Source of the DNA: Octopus bimaculoides
Lineage: Eukaryota
Reading direction: 5' to 3'
NCBI RefSeq assembly: GCF_001194135.2
Contig: NC_068981.1
Location: forward strand, 49,438,319-49,502,318
DNA length: 64,000 bases
Positions 1 to 13,043 of the stretch are shown piece after piece. Each line of letters opens with the position of its first letter. Position 1 is the first letter of the stretch. Position numbers and translations under genes: made by a program. The notes under the pieces were generated by a model that worked only from the letters and a program-made list of their open reading frames with translations, ran no database searches and was not told where the DNA came from.

Positions 1-311
1 AAACCCAAAGTCAAGTTAGGTGTAATTGAAACTCGGAATGTAAAGGCCTCTTAGTAATTAGCTCACCTGGTTAACGATCCGGCCAGCTAGCCGCCCTATA
101 TAGGCTTATCATTATGCACATAGATGTGGTCCAATTCCTTCTGAAGTCGTATTTTAATTTGAAGAAAAAATATATTCGGCTCAAGTGAAAACTTTAAATG
201 ATAGATGTAGAGTTCTCATGCAAAACCTATTCGTCTACCGATTTAATCGTTCTATCCATCTACATATATACGAAGATATATATACATGTTAAGTATATAT
301 ATATATATATA

Positions 312-1557
312 TTGGGTCATCCCATAAATTTTACCGTTTTGAAATTGCATGAACTAAAAGTTGCAGGGGGACGGGATAAACTACCTGCCTCAATTTGTTA
401 TAAAAGCAGGTAGTAACTTCATCATACTGATATTCTTAGTACATGTTTGAAGAGTGCAGTTCGATTTAAACATTTATTTATTCAAAGCGAAATTGAAATC
501 GACAAAGGAGAATATTCGGCATATTTTGCTTTATGAGCTCAATAAAAACAACAACGCAACAGAATGTGTGAGGAATAATGATACAATATATGGGGATCGG
601 GCAATTTGTGAAGCCAACATCTACGGTAGTTTCAGAAATTCCGAGCCGGAAACTACAGCCTAGAAGACGAGCCTCGTCCTGGAAGATTTGTATAGATCAA
701 CGAGGACGTCCTGCAAATTCTGGTGGAAGGAAATCACATCGTAATTGTTGAGGAAGTAGCATAGGATCTTGGATGTGGTCATTCAGCCATTGATCGACAG
801 TTGCGTGCCATTGGAAAAGTCAGGAAATTGGGTCAACGGTTTACTCACAAACTCTTCTTGTCTAGTCACGTGTAGAGAGTGAATGTGCGCTCTTCTTTGC
901 TGCCGCGTCTCACGAATGAAGCTCTTTTTGACCGAATAGTGATTGGTAACAAGAAATGTTACCGAAAGCTAAAGAATGTCTGTAATAATGTCAAGCACCC
1001 CCAGGTTGAAGAAGATCTTCACCCATGTAAGTTGTTGTTATCTGTACAGTGGGATATGAAAAGTTTAATCCACTTTCAAATTCTAAATCCAAACCAAACG
1101 ATAAGTAAGATCTACTGCGAGAAATTTGAGCGGCTAGAAGAAAAACGACTACATTTGGTTTGAAGCCGAAATGTATTCTTCCATCATGATAATGCTCAGC
1201 CACGTACAGTGAGCATGACATTCAAAATGCTGGAGCAGTTTGAATAGGAAACGATGCCCCACTCATCATATTCGCCGAAAATTGCCCCATCTGATTATCA
1301 TTTATTCTGCAGTCTCGAAAATCATCTGGACTGGAAAATTATGAATACTGTAGACGAGGTCAGAACACTAATGGAGGAGTATTTTTCGTCATGGACAAGT
1401 GAATTTTGGAAGCGTGGCTTTGTATGTCGAACTGATAGATGGGAGAGCATTGTAGAAAACAAAGGAGAGTATATATAAAGATTAAAAGAACTTTTTTAAT
1501 TTTGATTTTGAAAAATAAAAGAATAAAAAAAAACGCATTATGTATGGGATGACACAA
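312..1557 (+). mobile_element. Near full-length, decayed mariner DNA transposon (~1.25 kb)
   Basis: TIRs TTGGGTCATCCCATAAAT (312) and the reverse complement of ATGTATGGGATGACACAA (ends 1557), with TA on both sides. Broken transposase: KENIRHILLYELNK N-terminus, WDMKSLIHFQIL, HHDNAQP and YSPKIAPSDYHLF motifs, with stops and frameshifts. Confidence 0.92.
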
Positions 1558-3969
1558 TATGTATGTGTATGAGTGTGTGCTTGTGTGTGCTCGTATGTAC
1601 ACGGGTATGCGTGTGTGTATGTGCGCGTGTGTATGTATATTTATGTATGTATGTATGTATGTATGTATATGTATACACACAATTTACAAACTCTTATGTA
1701 ATCACCTGAAACGTAAAGATATCTATTTCAAATTAGCTTTCAAATTGTTCTCTGTGTGTCGTCTGTCTAAAACGGGATGATACGCATACATACATACGCA
1801 TACATACATACGCATACACATGCGCGCACACACAAGCACATGCATACACACATACATAATCCTATATTTAAAAATATGTGGCACAGCTTCTCCTTTATAC
1901 GTTTTATTAATGAGACGTCACTGTACTAGGTTTCTCTTCTTTTTATTACATATATTCACATTTTCCACTCGGTTTCTTTCAGTTAGTTTGCAATAATAGA
2001 ATTCATAAATCCATATTCGCAGACTCATTTTCAAGAATAGAAATAGATTTGGTGTCTATCATCGTTATTAATCACTGGTCAAATCTTTTTGCAGACATTT
2101 CTGTTACACAGTTTTTGGCAGTAGGACCTCCTTGTCAGCAATCATGCGAAACGTATGTTACTTATATCCGTCAGGTTTTCTGAAATAAAATATGACATGG
2201 ATCGGGGACACAGTCCCGTCGTTAATATATATATATATATATANNNNNNNNNNNNNNNNNNNNNNNNNNNNNNNNNNNNNNNNNNNNNNNNNNNNNNNNN
2301 NNNNNNNNNNNNNNNNNNNNNNNNNNNNNNNNNNNNNNNNNNNNNNNNNNNNNNNNNNNNNNNNNNNNNNNNNNNNNNNNNNNNNNNNNNNNNNNNNNNN
2401 NNNNNNNNNNNNNNNNNNNNNNNNNNNNNNNNNNNNNNNNNNNNNNNNNNNNNNNNNNNNNNNNNNNNNNNNNNNNNNNNNNNNNNNNNNNNNNNNNNNN
2501 NNNNNNNNNNNNNNNNNNNNNNNNNNNNNNNNNNNNNNNNNNNNNNNNNNNNNNNNNNNNNNNNNNNNNNNNNNNNNNNNNNNNNNNNNNNNNNNNNNNN
2601 NNNNNNNNNNNNNNNNNNNNNNNNNNNNNNNNNNNNNNNNNNNNNNNNNNNNNNNNNNNNNNNNNNNNNNNNNNNNNNNNNNNNNNNNNNNNNNNNNNNN
2701 NNNNNNNNNNNNNNNNNNNNNNNNNNNNNNNNNNNNNNNNNNNNNNNNNNNNNNNNNNNNNNNNNNNNNNNNNNNNNNNNNNNNNNNNNNNNNNNNNNNN
2801 NNNNNNNNNNNNNNNNNNNNNNNNNNNNNNNNNNNNNNNNNNNNNNNNNNNNNNNNNNNNNNNNNNNNNNNNNNNNNNNNNNNNNNNNNNNNNNNNNNNN
2901 NNNNNNNNNNNNNNNNNNNNNNNNNNNNNNNNNNNNNNNNNNNNNNNNNNNNNNNNNNNNNNNNNNNNNNNNNNNNNNNNNNNNNNNNNNNNNNNNNNNN
3001 NNNNNNNNNNNNNNNNNNNNNNNNNNNNNNNNNNNNNNNNNNNNNNNNNNNNNNNTATATATATATATATATATATTACAAATATATTCATATATACATA
3101 CATATATGTACATACCTACGTATGTATGTATATACACATACATATATGGGTACAGGACATCAAATAGACGTAGGCAAAATGGGAAACGACAACAGGCAAC
3201 ATAAAGAACATACATACACAAAAACACGTGCACATATGTATGTGTGTGTGTGTGTTTGTGAGTAAGTGTGTGTGGATGTGTGTGTGTTTGACGGAGTGGC
3301 GGGGAACATTTAGCAGGTCAGACATAGTGAAAATTTTATTAGTATTCACCAAACAACTTATGCTAATAAATATGAAAGGTACAATATAATGATTCTACTG
3401 TGGCTGTTTGACTTTTACATTATTTGAATACATTTTTCTAGCTTTGTGTTCAGTCTGAATAAGTGTTACTTTTACGTCCTCTGTTTTAGAAACGTTTACA
3501 ACAGAATATCTTAAATTAGTAATTATATTCACTGTCACATTTTATTAAACTCATTCTTAATCTGACTTAATTATATCCTACTGACAAAGATTTCACCCTT
3601 GTCTTTCTTGAGGAATGTGTTATCTGTAAGTTTCATTCCCCTCCTGAGTAGTCGAGACAATTTGTGATCTTCGCAAAATATATATGTACTCCAAATATTC
3701 CTGAAATAAGCAATGCAATCGTATCTCAATGGAGTGTCATAGTTATGATTCTGGTCACGTTTTGTATCAGTTTCCATTATTATTTGATGCTCTATTTTCC
3801 CATGGAGAAATTATTTTAGTGCGAAATTGGGAATCGGAACGAATGAAAATACTTTATATTGTTGAATAAAATATATGATGATGCCTACTGGCATGCACAC
3901 ACACGCAAACACGCACAAACACACGCATACACACACATGCATACATACATACATACATACATACACACG

Positions 3970-4026
<57 letters not shown>

Positions 4027-4729
4027 AAGTGTGCGAGCGTGTGTGCTTTTGCCTCTGTGTGTGTTTGTGTATATGTGTGAGTGCTTGTGTCTGCGTGCGC
4101 GTGAGTGGTGTGTGTGTGTGTGTGTGTGAGTGCCTCTATGTCTCTGTGTCTGTGTGCCTATACATTTTCATCCGGAAGCAATTTCTTTAAATACATCCAT
4201 TCGACTGCTTGCATAATTTATTATAGATTTGCATTGTGGTTGTTTGATTGTTCATCCAACTGATTTTCTTACAAGCGAAAGATGCACTGATCCGTAAAAT
4301 GTTTACACAAAGGAGACTGCAATAGCTTCTGCAGTATCTTCAAACAGTCAGTTACCTATTTGGTCGTGTAAAGTAAATGAAATCCATACGGAATATAATA
4401 GGACGAGTATCAAGTAAGAAATCAATCTTCAGTAATTTAGCGTATTTAGTTGGACTTTCTGTACAATAATTTGAATTTTGTGTTATGAATTAGACTTAAT
4501 TCCCCTGAAATTTCTTAGAATTCAGTTCATCAAAATGATGTATCATTCAAAGGACACTTTGAAAGAAAACATTAAATAATCAGTCGCCTAATTTTCAATA
4601 TTGCACGCAAGATCTCGAGAATGGGGACTTAGAGATAGATAAGTAGTTGCCTCAAATATGAGAAACAATTAAACAGGTAGAAAGCCTTTTGATAAGTAAA
4701 TGGAGATCAGCATATAAGATATACTTTTA

Positions 4730-5260
4730 GATCATAATAATGGGAGATTTAACATCAAGATGACTGATCAGTTCCGTAAGACTTTATTAAATGTATTCAT
4801 TTACAATATTATGAGATTTCCACTTCTCTGATGAGCACAAATGTTATAAATTTGTAAATGACATTTACCTTGCCGAACAATATGGAAGATAAAAGCAGCT
4901 AAATATTCAAATATCATCCCGTAAGAACTTGAAATAAAATTAAGACAGAGCTGAAATTTCCACTACAGAGATGTATAGTCATAGCTAAACAACATTTATC
5001 ATAGACCAGTTCAATTAAGGGTGGCTTGGGTTTAAACAACAATATTAATATTGATTCATAGGAAGATTTGTAGTTATTTGCGTTGTATATGCGTGCTTAC
5101 TTGCGGTTGTATCAATTACATATAAAACTGACTTCATAATAAGTGGATCAAAAATAAAGTAAGATATATAATTCAGACAGTAAAAAAGTATAAATTGAAA
5201 CCAGAAGTCTAACAAACTTCCGATATCTGTGAAGTTTATTTCACGAGTTTCTGTTATTCG
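4730..5260 (+). mobile_element. Very old LINE relic, possibly RTE-like
   Basis: IIIMGD(F)N-like endonuclease motif at ~4730 and a TNFRYL*SL stretch resembling the RT FxYLGS motif at ~5215. Heavily degraded. Confidence 0.25.
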
Positions 5261-5566
5261 TTTATGACGCCACAGAGACAAATAATTTAGAATGTCAAAT
5301 AGAATCCAATTTTAGATGTAAAATATAATAAACTAAAGCAAATTTTTCCCTAATCATTCAATTAATTTTTCATACTTCACGTATACACGAATTCTTACAA
5401 AGAATTATGCGTAAACTATGGTATAATATATATATATATATATATAATGGAGGAATTCTACCAAATGTATAGATGGAGGTATGAGTAAAGCACCGGCACA
5501 GTTTCAATTACCTGCGGTTACCTGTAGATTTACTGCAGGAACTTCGTAGTGGCGATTGGCGTCACA

Positions 5567-6622
5567 GTAATAATAATAATAATAATAATTAATTCGTTTT
5601 ATTGGCCACAAGGGCTAATATCAATTAAAAACATATAAGGACAAAAACAGGACGAAGGTTACAAAAGGTTTTGTCCGAAAAGGTAGGAAAGTTCGTCTAA
5701 ACAGGGGAAGAAAACGGAGAAAGATATAATAAATAAATAGATAAATAAATAAGTAGAACTCCCAAAGGGGGAGGTGTTTCGAAAAAGGAAAGGTTACACG
5801 TGGAAAAACCCATAAAACCACGGGAGCCTGGTCAGAAACAATAGGAAAGGGGTATAGAGCCCTTTCTCCTTTTACATTACCTTTTTTTTTNNNNNNNNNN
5901 NNNNNNNNNNNNNNNNNNNNNNNNNNNNNNNNNNNNNNNNNNNNNNNNNNNNNNNNNNNNNNNNNNNNNNNNNNNNNNNNNNNNNNNNNNNNNNNNNNNN
6001 NNNNNNNNNNNNNNNNNNNNNNNNNNNNNNNNNNNNNNNNNNNNNNNNNNNNNNNNNNNNNNNNNNNNNNNNNNNNNNNNNNNNNNNNNNNNNNNNNNNN
6101 NNNNNNNNNNNNNNNNNNNNNNNNNNNNNNNNNNNNNNNNNNNNNNNNNNNNNNNNNNNNNNNNNNNNNNNNNNNNNNNNNNNNNNNNNNNNNNNNNNNN
6201 NNNNNNNNNNNNNNNNNNNNNNNNNNNNNNNNNNNNNNNNNNNNNNNNNNNNNNNNNNNNNNNNNNNNNNNNNNNNNNNNNNNNNNNNNNNNNNNNNNNN
6301 NCAGAACGGTTTCGTCGTCCTGAGCGCACCTCGGGCAGGCCCGGTTGACGGCACTTCCATGTCGATAGAGTTTATCTCGAACAGGTAGCGCACCTCGGTA
6401 GCACTGCCAGGCGAGGGACCTTTGGAAATTATCCATGGGCCCTGGCCCGAAAGTTCTCCTGAACAGACTGCTTAGCTGATTATCCTCGACGCCTAGAGTT
6501 TCCCCGAGAACGTCGTCGCACTTTTCTCCCACTAACCCTCTATAGAACGCTAGAGTGGAGCTACTACCGATCGCACTGCCCGCCTGACTGAGGGCGGTGA
6601 GAGCTTGGCGGCACACGAGTTG
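5567..6622 (-). mobile_element. 3' end of a Tx1/L1-clade LINE (zf-RVT region, 3' UTR, AATAAA, (ATT)n tail), partly in an N-gap
   Basis: Minus frame FQRSLAWQCYRGALPVRDKLYRHGSAVNRACPRCAQDDETVL is typical of the L1/Tx1 ORF2 C-terminal zinc region. Minus-strand AATAAA at ~5599-5604 is followed by an (ATT)n tail at 5567-5592. Confidence 0.8.
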
Positions 6623-7235
6623 CGTCAAAAAACTTAGCAGTTTTGTGAGCGTTTGTGAATGTAACAGATATATATAAGTTAGAGAAGAATTTATGTAGAT
6701 CCTTTGTAGTTCTTTCTAAGGAGGATTTATTTATGTTTTTGGTAACTAGTTAAACGTCGTCTCTGTATAGGCCTCCCTTGATGTTAGGGAAATGTATATG
6801 GAACTCTTGAAGTATAGTTCAAGTGAGTCAGTGGCCTGAGCTGAATCAGATGATCCCATGGTTATGTTGAATAAGTTGCTATGGTTATTGTTATGGTGAT
6901 TGGCCCGGTACCAGAGATTGTTTTCAAAAGAAATAAGGGGCATTAAGTATTATGTGAATTTCTAGTGGGGTTAGGTTAGTAAGGCTCTTGGCTAGATGAA
7001 GAGCTTGATTAAGAAGTTTAGGAGAAATAGAAGAGTAGTAATTATTCATGTCGAATTGTGGGAAGGAATATGTGTTTTTGATTTTTAGACGGTGGAACTA
7101 TGTAATAACATCACCAGTGTGGGACCATAGGTTAACATTTAATTTATCCTTGACGATTGGTATTATTTTGTCGAAAATATTTTTGATTACCCTTCTTTGT
7201 CGGATTTGGTGGGGCATATTAGGTGTATTGAAGGT
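6623..7235 (-). mobile_element. Penelope-like element RT fragment (Neptune-like)
   Basis: Frameshifted minus-strand peptide VIKNIFDKI..LNLWSHTGDVITWF..FPQFDMNNYYSSISPKLLNQAL..NLFNITMGSSDSAQATDSLELY..YRDD..KDLHKFF..AKFFD parallels the PLE RT pattern FDI.NFYPSI / FDVTMGSYDGAEVCELVGLY / LYRDD. Confidence 0.75.
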
Positions 7236-7255
7236 TTGGTAATATATATATATCG

Positions 7256-7332
7256 AAGCAAGTGTGGCTGTTCGGTAAGAAGCTTGCTTCCCATCCACAT
7301 GGTTCGACGTCCCGTTCCACAGAGTGGCAAGT
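7256..7332 (+). mobile_element. tRNA-derived SINE head (family A), truncated
   Basis: GTGTGGCTGTTCGGTAAGAAGCTTGCTTCCCATCCACATGGTTC matches the head of the copy at 54172. Confidence 0.6.
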
Positions 7333-7531
7333 ATCCGTAGTATATTTATATGCAGGTCTGTATGAGTTATAGGTTAAGTAACCATCTAGTGGATATTAAA
7401 TAACCAATATACTACTGGATGTCTACCTACGTATTTTTAACCAAGTCCTTACTATTGCATGGCAATATTGCAATTGATTACTAGGTATGGGTGGAACAAA
7501 ATTGGAAATTTACCCAGGATTTATAAGGCAA

Positions 7532-8422
7532 ATAAGAACATGGAGTGGATATAAAATCGACAAATATGAGCCAGTGAACATTCCATGATATCTATCTACT
7601 AAATGATAACAAACATGTGTTTCAGTGGTACGAGTAAACGATTAAATCAGCGAATAAATACGTAAACAGATATATATATANNNNNNNNNNNNNNNNNNNN
7701 NNNNNNNNNNNNNNNNNNNNNNNNNNNNNNNNNNNNNNNNNNNNNNNNNNNNNNNNNNNNNNNNNNNNNNNNNNNNNNNNNNNNNNNNNNNNNNNNNNNN
7801 NNNNNNNNNNNNNNNNNNNNNNNNNNNNNNNNNNNNNNNNNNNNNNNNNNNNNNNNNNNNNNNNNNNNNNNNNNNNNNNNNNNNNNNNNNNNNNNNNNNN
7901 NNNNNNNNNNNNNNNNNNNNNNNNNNNNNNNNNNNNNNNNNNNNNNNNNNNNNNNNNNNNNNNNNNNNNNNNNNNNNNNNNNNNNNNNNNNNNNNNNNNN
8001 NNNNNNNNNNNNNNNNNNNNNNNNNNNNNNNNNNNNNNNNNNNNNNNNNNNNNNNNNNNNNNNNNNNNNNNNNNNNNNNNNNNNNNNNNNNNNNNNNNNN
8101 NNNNNNNNNNNNNNNNNNNNNNNNNNNNNNNNNNNNNNNNNNNNNNNNNNNNNNNNNNNNNNNNNNNNNNNNNNNNNNNNNNNNNNNNNNNNNNNNNNNN
8201 NNNNNNNNNNNNNNNNNNNNNNNNNNNNNNNNNNNNNNNNNNNNNNNNNNNNNNNNNNNNNNNNNNNNNNNNNNNATATATATATATCTTTACATTTTTA
8301 TTGGCTGATTTCATTCGTTTACTTGTACCACAAAACAAATGTTTGTTATCATTTAATGAATAGAAATACTGGAATATTACTGCCTTATGTTTGTCGATTT
8401 TATATCCTCTCCATTTTCTTAT
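7532..8422. repeat. Imperfect inverted repeat (~145-bp arms) flanking a (TA)n-bounded gap
   Basis: 7532-7680 matches the reverse complement of ~8277-8422, e.g. GGAG(T/A)GGATATAAAATCGACAAA and TAAATGATAACAAACAT. Confidence 0.8.
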
Positions 8423-8965
8423 ATGGTGGATGTCTACTCCTTATGCACAGTTTGACCACCTCAGTTTGGTATCTGATGTGGCTTTGTTAACCAGAGAATG
8501 TTCTGAAAGAACACCCACACAGATTGCACATCCGATATGTTCTGGTCTTTGTGAGTCTATGTCTTGCATATATATAGGCAAAATTATTGGTGGAGGTTCG
8601 TTTTCCATGAGTTCATAGCTGAGATTTGATCCCAGTAAAAGAGAGGCATAGTCTGTCACAGATTGTGCCCACAAAAAGTTCATTGTCATTCACGTTCTCG
8701 ATCGTTACATTCTTCCTTATATCTCATTCCCGTTTTACATGCGTTATCCCGGCTTCTTCGAATGCTTTCACTCCACTCCACACTTTTGTTCTCCATCCAA
8801 TTCGATCCTAAGCAAGGGATTCTATGTCTTCTAGATTCATTCCAACTGACTTCATAATAGTCCTTATGCTGTCCTTAAAACTTTTTATATGTTTACGCGA
8901 TAGCGTTTCCCCTCTGCAAGTTCAACATATAACAACTGTTTCGGCATGCGTTTATCTCCCATTGG
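8423..8965 (-). mobile_element. 3' fragment of an RTE LINE with C-terminal C2H2 zinc-finger extension
   Basis: RMPKQLLYVELAEGKR..KDSIRTIMKS..LA*DRIGWRTKVWSGVKAFEE (RTE ORF2 C-terminus) is followed by ICDRLCLSFTGIKSQL*TH and CNLCGCSFRTFSG*QSHIRY. Confidence 0.85.
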
Positions 8966-9030
8966 AACGCATATATATACATGTGAGTGTGTGTATCTGT
9001 ATATGTAAATATATAGGTTTATTTATATAT

Positions 9031-9282
9031 GTCAAGCCTAAACGTGTTTATCTGAATCATTACCATATATCAGCCCAACTGGATTTCTTTCATAGCCACG
9101 CTATAGCCACACTTTATTCCGTGTACCTGGTACTCTATATAGATATCGAAGGTGAAGTAGAAATCATTTGAACATTAAAACCTGTTTTCTAGCAGAGATT
9201 TTGACGGTATACATTAATACAAATATGCATTCAAACACACAATCTCATATATATATGTATGTATGCATGTGTGTGTGTGTAT

Positions 9283-9320
<38 letters not shown>

Positions 9321-9565
9321 GTGTGTGTGTTTGAGATTGTGTCTATGAATATAAGTTTGTATTAATGTATGTATACCGTGAAAAGGTGTGCTAGAAATGG
9401 TAAGTATAGAAAACAGGTTGTAGTTTCCAAATAATTTGTACTTGAACTTCGATATCTTTATATATTACAAGCTACACGAAATAAAGTGTCGTCATTGTGT
9501 GGCCATAAGTGAAATCCAGTTGACCTGATATGATGATAATGATGAAGATAAACACGATTAGGCTT

Positions 9566-9568
<3 letters not shown>
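9031..9568. repeat. Foldback/MITE-like palindrome (~215-bp arms) centred on a (TG)n tract and flanked by TA repeats
   Basis: Both ends read TA|TGTCAAGCCTAA. The arms align through GATATCGAAG, AACCTGTTTTCTA and ACACAATCTCA to the central microsatellite (~9245-9330). Confidence 0.8.
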
Positions 9569-9603
<35 letters not shown>

Positions 9604-10430
9604 AACGTATATATTTACACATATATATATATACACATACATACATACAGAAAGACAGAAAGAAAGAAACAAATAAACAAACAAACAAACAGCAAAGGAA
9701 TGAAGAGGTGATAAGTTTGTACTGAATCATAATTACGATAGAAAATACATACTTGCTTAGCCAGTGTAAGTGGAATGAAAGTTATGCAAACATGAAGAGA
9801 TTACGTCGGAGAACCTGTTAAGTATCGAAAAGTTATGATAGCGAAGTATGGAGAAAATATTTAGAAAGACGTTGGTTACTATTGTGAAGAGAAGTCTGAG
9901 AAATAATGGACAGTATATAGGGAGTATTTCTGTCTTGAGTTTGTGTATGTATGAAACTAGTGTGAGTTAGAGTGTTTAGGAATTCGATATGAAAATGATT
10001 AGCGGGCTCATACATATACATACCCCCCACCACACGCACACAAATATGCATGTATTTATGTACGTATGTAAGCGTGTGTGTGAAATGTGTATTTTTAAGT
10101 GAATTTTTCGTCGTATCAGACTTGTGATATTCTGGAGTTTTGACCTCTCCGTCAGAACATCAATAGCGGGAACACACACGCATACACAGACACAGACACA
10201 TACAGATATACGCGCATGTATGCATGTGCTCATGTACGTATGTACGTGTACGTGTGAGATGTGTATTTTTTTTTTTCAATTGTGCTTGTCTCACGTGGGT
10301 GATACACTGGAATTTTGATGTCTACATTAAGAAGGTCACCAGAAAATACGTATATATATAACTTATTGTAGTTAACGATTTCTGCAGTGTGCTTATATAT
10401 ATATACATATATCTGAGTACCTTATTATTT

Positions 10431-10472
<42 letters not shown>

Positions 10473-11707
10473 AACAGAAGATCAGAGCCGTTTTTGTATG
10501 TAACCATAAAATACTCTGTGTTTATTTCAAGCTTAGGTGAGCCGGAATTAATTTCGTCATCGTTAATTTTCATTATCTACAGACACCAACACTATTCAAC
10601 TATTCGCACAATTCAACAAGGCCTATTCCAGAACATGCGGCATTTGTCTATGTGAGAATTCAATATATTATGAAATGTGTAGATATGAACTCAAAATTAT
10701 ACTTTGTGGATTTTTGAAGAAACTTCATGCTCTTTGGTTAGTTTCCAGCTTCTACCTGTCTGAAATTGTTTATTTCCTATATCGTTTTTGGAAAATGTTC
10801 AATAGATTATCTTCCAGGTACAAACGAATGTAAACATGTGTTCATACATGAACAATAATGCGTCATTGATAAACCGGCTTCGTCTGACCTCGTGTATTAT
10901 ATACATATAACATTAAAAGTTATGAATATTTTGCGAATTTTTGCACATAATTGAATGATGCAATCACATATCGAGCGCATGAGAGTTGCATAGAAGAAAG
11001 TATGATGTATTCATTACTATGTATTTTTATAGCAAATAACGTCTCTTCAATCTAGTGCCTTCTATTTCATAGTTTTGCAGATATCTTTCCTTCTATAATA
11101 CGAGAGAGCTTCTTAATTAAACAGGTTAGATAATCACTGACGTAAAACACAGAAAAACGATTTATATATATANNNNNNNNNNNNNNNNNNNNNNNNNNNN
11201 NNNNNNNNNNNNNNNNNNNNNNNNNNNNNNNNNNNNNNNNNNNNNNNNNNNNNNNNNNNNNNNNNNNNNNNNNNNNNNNNNNNNNNNNNNNNNNNNNNNN
11301 NNNNNNNNNNNNNNNNNNNNNNNNNNNNNNNNNNNNNNNNNNNNNNNNNNNNNNNNNNNNNNNNNNNNNNNNNNNNNNNNNNNNNNNNNNNNNNNNNNNN
11401 NNNNNNNNNNNNNNNNNNNNNNNNNNNNNNNNNNNNNNNNNNNNNNNNNNNNNNNNNNNNNNNNNNNNNNNNNNNNNNNNNNNNNNNNNNNNNNNNNNNN
11501 NNNNNNNNNNNNNNNNNNNNNNNNNNNNNNNNNNNNNNNNNNNNNNNNNNNNNNNNNNNNNNNNNNNNNNNNNNNNNNNNNNNNNNNNNNNNNNNNNNNN
11601 NNNNNNNNNNNNNNNNNNNNNNNNNNNNNNNNNNNNNNNNNNNNNNNNNNNNNNNNNNNNNNNNNNNNNNNNNNNNNNNNNNNNNNNNNNNNNNNNNNNN
11701 NNNNNNN

Positions 11708-12700
11708 GGGGGGATTGGGAGGGATAGGGAGGGATAGGGAAGGTGGCATTGGAATATTTAGGGATGGTGTGGGTTTACGGAGGAGGGGTGACGATGAAGG
11801 GGAAGGTGTAGGTGTGTAGGAGTGAAAAGAAGAGAGAAGAGAGAAGAGTGGAAGTGAGTAGGAGTGAAGAGAAAGAGGAGTCGGAGTAAGAGAGGGAAGG
11901 TGGGTGGGAGGAAGTAGGTGTGAGGGAGAGAGAGGCAAGGGGAGTTAGTTGGATGAAAAAAGGAGGAGAGTTAAGCCCATGTAGGGCAAAGGAGCCAAAA
12001 GAGAAGATTAATCCCTGTTCACAGCGAAAACGGGAGTCCGGATGGCCACTGTGCAAGGACAATCTGAACAAGGACAGGTGTTGCAAAGAGTGACCGGTAG
12101 AGCAGAAATGACGCGAGGCCGGGGTGTCATTACTGAGTCGCATTTCTTGGAGGTGTTCCGCGAACCGGTCAGCCAAGCGGCGTCCCTTTTGCCCGATGTG
12201 TAGAGAAGAGCAGAGAGAGCACGAGATGCAGTAGATGATATCGGTAGAAGTGCAGGTGAAGGAGTCGTTGCTCTGATAGTGTCGATGATGAGTGCCAGTG
12301 AGGAGAGTGGTGTTGAAGAGGTAAGGACGGGAAAATGCGGTAGCGTGGGCGGGGAGCAGGGGAACGAACTGGGTTGTGAATTTGGGTTAGGGAACAAGCA
12401 GTGGATCAAGAGATCTCGTAGGTTGTGGGCTCGTTTGAAGAGTAGGAGGGGCCGGTCAGGGAATATGTGTGAAGTGGAGGGGTCGGACTGGAGTCGTTGG
12501 AAGGCCCAGAGAATGGTGCATTGGAGAGATATGGAGGTGGGGTGGTAGTTGAGGGGGAAAGGGAGGCGGGAGACAGCGGGGAAGGTTCGTGGGGAGAGAG
12601 CAGATGCACGGTCAACGGAATGTGCTCTGGCAAGTGCGGTGTGGATAGTATAGTGGGGGGATATGAACATATCCACGTAGGATGAAGTGGCGGGCCATGA
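11708..12700 (-). mobile_element. Penelope-like element 3' fragment: RT-EN linker, GIY-YIG endonuclease, pyrimidine-rich tail
   Basis: FPLNYHPTSISLQCTILWAFQRLQSDPSTSHIFPDRPLLLFKRAHNLRDLL, then IIYCISCSLCSSLHIGQKGRRLADRFAEHL..RHFCSTGHS..EQGLIFSFGSFALHGLN (GIY-YIG C-terminus), with frameshifts. Confidence 0.88.
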
Positions 12701-12721
12701 GTTGAGGCTGTGTCTCAAAGT

Positions 12722-13043
12722 CATGGTCGTGGCTCAGCGGTTAGAGCCTCGAAGACCGTAACGTTGAGAGTTCTAATCCCGGACTGGTTTGCGTGTTGTG
12801 TTCTTGAGCAAGACACTTTATTTCCCGTTGCTCCAGTTCACTCAGCTGTAGAAATGAGTTGCAGCGTCACTGATGCCAAACTTTATCGGCCTTTGCGTTT
12901 CCCTTGGATGACATCGGTGGCGTGGAGAAGAGAGTGTGGTATGCATAGGCGACTGCTAGTCTTCCATACACAACCTTACCCGAACTTGTGCCTCGGAGGG
13001 TAACTTTCTAGGTGCAATCCCATGGTCATACGTGACCGAAGGG
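12722..13043 (+). mobile_element. tRNA-derived SINE (family C), apparently complete
   Basis: A-box TGGCTCAGCGG, B-box-like GTTCTAATCC, central GTGTTCTTGAGCAAGACACTTTATTTC, ending in a (CA)n tract. Confidence 0.75.

Noticed and set aside
2130-2165. Isolated CGAAACGTATGTT (similar CGAAAC at ~32815)
   Set aside because: There is no recognisable upstream CTGANGA core.
2142-3265. Long ORFs of 290-360 aa (also 5621-6628, 7622-8338, 11162-11938, 19646-20716, 37253-37675)
   Set aside because: They run through N-gaps, so the length is an artefact.
7600-7670. Hammerhead-like CTGA..GAAACACATGT in the 7.5-kb palindrome
   Set aside because: Both arms read CTGATTT rather than CTGANGA, and no stem II forms.
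10480-10660. Possible minus-strand exon
   Set aside because: Stops occur in all frames after the candidate acceptor, and there is no recognisable domain.
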